13,897 nucleotides of DNA from Tubiluchus corallicola. Lineage: Eukaryota; Animalia; Priapulida. Shown here one piece after another: positions 10,665 to 13,897 of the stretch; the first letter of the stretch is position 1; every line of letters starts with the position of its first letter. The stretch spans positions 1 through 13,897 of the forward strand of contig JAQGDQ010002131.1 in NCBI GenBank assembly GCA_030141605.1. Reading direction: 5' to 3'. Position numbers and translations under genes: made by a program. The notes under the pieces are model-generated. The model was not told where the DNA came from. It saw only the letters and a program-made list of their open reading frames with translations, and searched no databases.

Positions 10665-11225
10665 CAGCAACCTATAGACTGGGTATATTTTTCTTGTACA
10701 TATATAATTATTGCTAGCTCCATAATAATTATATTTTCAATTTGAGTACAACTACATTATCAAGCCTTGAAAATATGTAATGGCCACCAATAAACAAACA
10801 AAATGAACCTAAAAGACTGTATCAAGAGTCCACGTTTAGAATTAACTATACAGCAACAATTTCTCCAAGACGCCATGCTTCCCTATTTACATCTGATAAC
10901 AGCGCTTAGACAAATTGCGTCTTATTTGCCAAGATAAGTTGTACGTTTTTTGGTCAACAGTTTGCTGTGATTAAGGTACAAAGGTCAGTCTTGATATCAA
11001 GATAAACAATATGCACAAATTTTACTATCACAGCTTGTGAAATTATTATTCGCTAGAACGTTCTACTATCTGGTACAAGTTTACGTGCTTGAAAATAAAA
11101 TAAAGCATAAGACCATTTTGTATGCTGTTTGTATGATATTTTTGATACACAATACAAATTAGCCACTTTGGTTTTTCTGCTACCTGACTAAAAGATTACA
11201 GTGAGAAGTGCTTTTGATTGTTGAT

Positions 11226-13763
11226 ATGGAAAGAATCAAGGAACTTATTGACAGTGTGTCAGATGCCAATCAAAAATTGGTACTCCAGGCGACACTAATT
11301 GTTTACCAATTTGCTTCGTTTGGTGTATTAGCTCCTTCATTTGGTGCAGATGCAATAGATTGGCTCAACATGCTGCTAGATGCTGCAACACGCTTTAACA
11401 TGCATGAGCTTGTTCATGAACTTCTCAACAGAGGAGCAGAAATGGAAAGTCTATCACGATTCACTACATCAAGTCTAGGTTATGTGGAAGTAACACCCCT
11501 TGGACGTGCATGTGGTTTGGGACATACTTCTCTTGTACAGCAACTCATTGAACGGGGTGCTGACATAAACTGTCTTTCTAGAAGCAAAGCATGGTCGCCT
11601 TTAATATTAGCAGCTTCAGCGGGACATACAGAAATTTGTGAAATGCTGTTGGTTTATGGAGCAGAAGTTGATGGCTTCCCAGAAAAGCGTAAAATACGAC
11701 CTATACAGGATGCATCATCGGAAGGCCACACTGAAATAGTGAAGCTGTTAATTAAATATGGAGCCAAAATTGATGAACATCCTTACATTTCAGTTGATGG
11801 TCCTCCGCCCCTCCATGCTGCAGCATATCAAGGGCAGTTTGAAACCCTTGTTTTGCTGCTTCTCAAAGGTGCAAATGTCTTCTACCTGAACACAACAGGT
11901 GATACCGCTCTGGATGCGGCAGCATGGCAAGGACGTGTTCATTGTGCAGCAGTTCTGATTTTTGCGGGCTCTGACATTCTGGCAGAAAATAATGATGGTT
12001 TTACCCCACTTACCCTAGCATGTATGAAAGGTAGACTGGATGTTGTTAAACTGATATATAAAACTATGCTAGAGAGATATTCACCCAAAGTAGTGAAACA
12101 GATAGTAAATAAACTTTACAATGGAGAAAGTTTAATTCATCTGGCTTGTCACAATGCTCACTTGTTAGCTCAAAGTGTAGACGTTGTTAAATACCTCGTT
12201 GATGTAGGAGTTCAGGCCGAAATGTTAAATGAGTCTCATGAAACGGCTTATGATATATGCATCCGACGAGCTTACGAAAAGGCACTGAACAGAAATTACA
12301 AACAAATTGCAGGACTTTTTCTTTCTTATCGGTACTTTCCAATTTGGCACGTCACAGAAAATGATGAAGCTGTGACAGAGCTTTCTGTCACAGGGGATGA
12401 TGAAACAATGTCAGAACTTTCTGTCACAGAAGATGATGAAGCAGTGTCAGAGCTTTCTGTCACAGGGGATGATGAAACAATGTCAGAACTTTCTGTCTCA
12501 GGGGATGATGAAACTATGTCAAAAAACATTTGTAGATTGCCTCTAAAGGACTTGGTTTCCGAGCCTGGACTAGGAAAAATTTCAAATGTAAAAGAATTTG
12601 ACGATATTAGAAGCAATATAGAGGAATTGTTAGGTGCTGTTAGCAGAATTCTTTACGAAAATCATCATATAAGATTTGTGCCCATACTTGTTGGCAGTTC
12701 GGCTTGTGGAGTAAAGATTGGCCAGCCAGATGAATTTGACTTTTTTGTTATGCACGGAGATTTCACAGCAGATTTACGAAAATTAAAGGAGATATTTTCC
12801 CAATCCCTGTGCAGAGCCGTGGCAACAGCTTTGCAAGAAGAGAAATTTAAAGAGAAAATTGTGCCAAACAGCTTTCCACATGTAGTGGAATGGAATAAAG
12901 TCTGTACATGTTTGAAATTATGTGTTCTGTTGCCAAACAAAAAAATAGCACAAGTCTCTGTAGATGTGACACCATGTTTTGAAAAAGTGGGAGTACCAAA
13001 GAATGCCAATGATAAATGGCCAAAGTTTGTCAACAGTTATCACTATGTGGTCAAACCAGACGAATCAAAAACAAAAATTGAACCCACATTTGCTGTTGCT
13101 GAATGTGAATTTATAAAGAACTTAGACAACAGCCGTAAGATGGTGTTGATCCTCATAAAGGTGCTAGTAAAGCCTGTCCTGTATTCTTGCAACAAAGAAA
13201 TACATTTATATCCCAATCCTGATGCTTCAACATACCACACCAGTTTGGTCGGTTTAGATGTCAACTTGCCAGAATTATACAGAGCAATAAAGTATCAACC
13301 AGATAAGGTCATTGACTCTTACATGTTAAAAGTGGCCTTCTTGCACGAAGTGGTGACCACTGAAGATGGCTGGGGCACAGAAAACTTGAAAGCTCATGCT
13401 GTCTCTATATTCCAGTACATTGGGGACTGTTGCCGAGAAGGCGCAATGTTTCACCCACTGCTAAATGATGTCAATATCTTAGAAGATCTAAAACATAAAG
13501 AAATGAGTGGCATTCCATTGTTAACATTGGCAGAAGACGCAGCACGTGCTATAGCCAACAAATTAGATATTGATGCGATACCATCAAACAAAGGTCTAAT
13601 GGAACCAGATTTTGAAAAGTACCGTGCTATACTAAAAACACATGCAGTAAAACAGGGGGAAGGAATATTGAACAAGGCGCAAATTGGAGAAACTGATTTG
13701 TATTTAAGAAACGTTTGGGATTGGATAGAAGAAAGTGATAAGAAACAGCAAAGTGCATCTTAG
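11226..13763 (+). CDS. Ankyrin-repeat / Mab-21 (cGAS-like) nucleotidyltransferase fusion, 845 aa; candidate cGAS-like receptor
   Basis: First ATG at 11226 (GATATGG), with an in-frame TGA upstream at 11202 and TAG at 13761-13763. N-terminal ANK motifs include TPLGRACGLGH, SPLILAASAGH, PPLHAAAYQGQ, TALDAAAWQGR and TPLTLACMKGR. The C-terminal GSSACGVKIGQPDEFDF aligns ungapped with human cGAS GSYYEHVKISAPNEFDV. Also present are VSVDVTP (third acidic residue), RKMVLILIK and DSYMLKVAFLH (Mab-21 helical lobe). Confidence 0.92.
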   Translation: MERIKELIDSVSDANQKLVLQATLIVYQFASFGVLAPSFGADAIDWLNMLLDAATRFNMHELVHELLNRGAEMESLSRFTTSSLGYVEVTPLGRACGLGHTSLVQQLIERGADINCLSRSKAWSPLILAASAGHTEICEMLLVYGAEVDGFPEKRKIRPIQDASSEGHTEIVKLLIKYGAKIDEHPYISVDGPPPLHAAAYQGQFETLVLLLLKGANVFYLNTTGDTALDAAAWQGRVHCAAVLIFAGSDILAENNDGFTPLTLACMKGRLDVVKLIYKTMLERYSPKVVKQIVNKLYNGESLIHLACHNAHLLAQSVDVVKYLVDVGVQAEMLNESHETAYDICIRRAYEKALNRNYKQIAGLFLSYRYFPIWHVTENDEAVTELSVTGDDETMSELSVTEDDEAVSELSVTGDDETMSELSVSGDDETMSKNICRLPLKDLVSEPGLGKISNVKEFDDIRSNIEELLGAVSRILYENHHIRFVPILVGSSACGVKIGQPDEFDFFVMHGDFTADLRKLKEIFSQSLCRAVATALQEEKFKEKIVPNSFPHVVEWNKVCTCLKLCVLLPNKKIAQVSVDVTPCFEKVGVPKNANDKWPKFVNSYHYVVKPDESKTKIEPTFAVAECEFIKNLDNSRKMVLILIKVLVKPVLYSCNKEIHLYPNPDASTYHTSLVGLDVNLPELYRAIKYQPDKVIDSYMLKVAFLHEVVTTEDGWGTENLKAHAVSIFQYIGDCCREGAMFHPLLNDVNILEDLKHKEMSGIPLLTLAEDAARAIANKLDIDAIPSNKGLMEPDFEKYRAILKTHAVKQGEGILNKAQIGETDLYLRNVWDWIEESDKKQQSAS
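12351..12524 (+). repeat. In-frame 36-bp coding tandem repeat (about 4.8 x 12 aa acidic linker)
   Basis: Units start at 12351, 12387, 12423, 12459 and 12495: VTENDEAVTELS / VTGDDETMSELS / VTEDDEAVSELS / VTGDDETMSELS / VSGDDETMSK. Confidence 0.95.
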
Positions 13764-13860
13764 AAATGCATTAGTCATTTGGCTAAATCTAGTCATCAGA
13801 AATCCAATGTTTTAATAAGTATTACACGAATTCCAAGCAAATATTTGTATTTGGAAACTC

Positions 13861-13897
13861 AATGTACAGTATCACTTGTACGAAATCGGCTTATGGC
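13861..13897 (+). repeat. Probable start of another family B fragment at the window edge
   Basis: GTACAGTATCACTTGTACGAAATCGGCTTATG resembles about 2011-2042 and about 8991-9022. Confidence 0.55.

Noticed and set aside
11208-11225. GTG start at 11208
   Set aside because: In a eukaryotic context the ATG at 11226 is more plausible. A spliced upstream exon cannot be excluded.
12326-13675. Four minus-strand ORFs of 73-122 aa
   Set aside because: Antisense shadows of the long + strand CDS with no XDH-like or other recognisable motifs.
12600-13763. Bacterial CBASS/CD-NTase, OAS, or developmental MAB21L orthologue
   Set aside because: No operon or effector genes. The motif spacing and SYxLK helix fit metazoan cGLR/Mab-21, while the intact EFD motif, high divergence and ankyrin fusion argue against MAB21L1/2 orthology.

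Overview
AT-rich eukaryotic genomic DNA, probably from an invertebrate animal; the taxon cannot be determined from sequence alone. Two minus-strand GT-AG exons (8581-8512 and 4037-3863) splice in frame into the Moco-binding segment of xanthine dehydrogenase (GGGFGGKETR...[27 protein letters not shown]). The preceding XDH exon was not found, so everything right of 8581 appears intronic. In that region, on the opposite strand, lies an intact, uninterrupted ORF (ATG 11226 to TAG 13763, 845 aa). It encodes about 8 ankyrin repeats, an acidic 12-aa tandem-repeat linker and a cGAS/Mab-21-like nucleotidyltransferase with intact catalytic motifs: a candidate ankyrin-fused cGAS-like receptor (cGLR) nested antisense in XDH. 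The rest is mostly repeats. Two inverted copies of a composite element carrying 86-bp satellite arrays enclose the 175-nt XDH exon. An 84-bp minisatellite reiterates that exon's splice donor. There is also a (CAT/CAC)n microsatellite and a dispersed repeat of about 600 bp.
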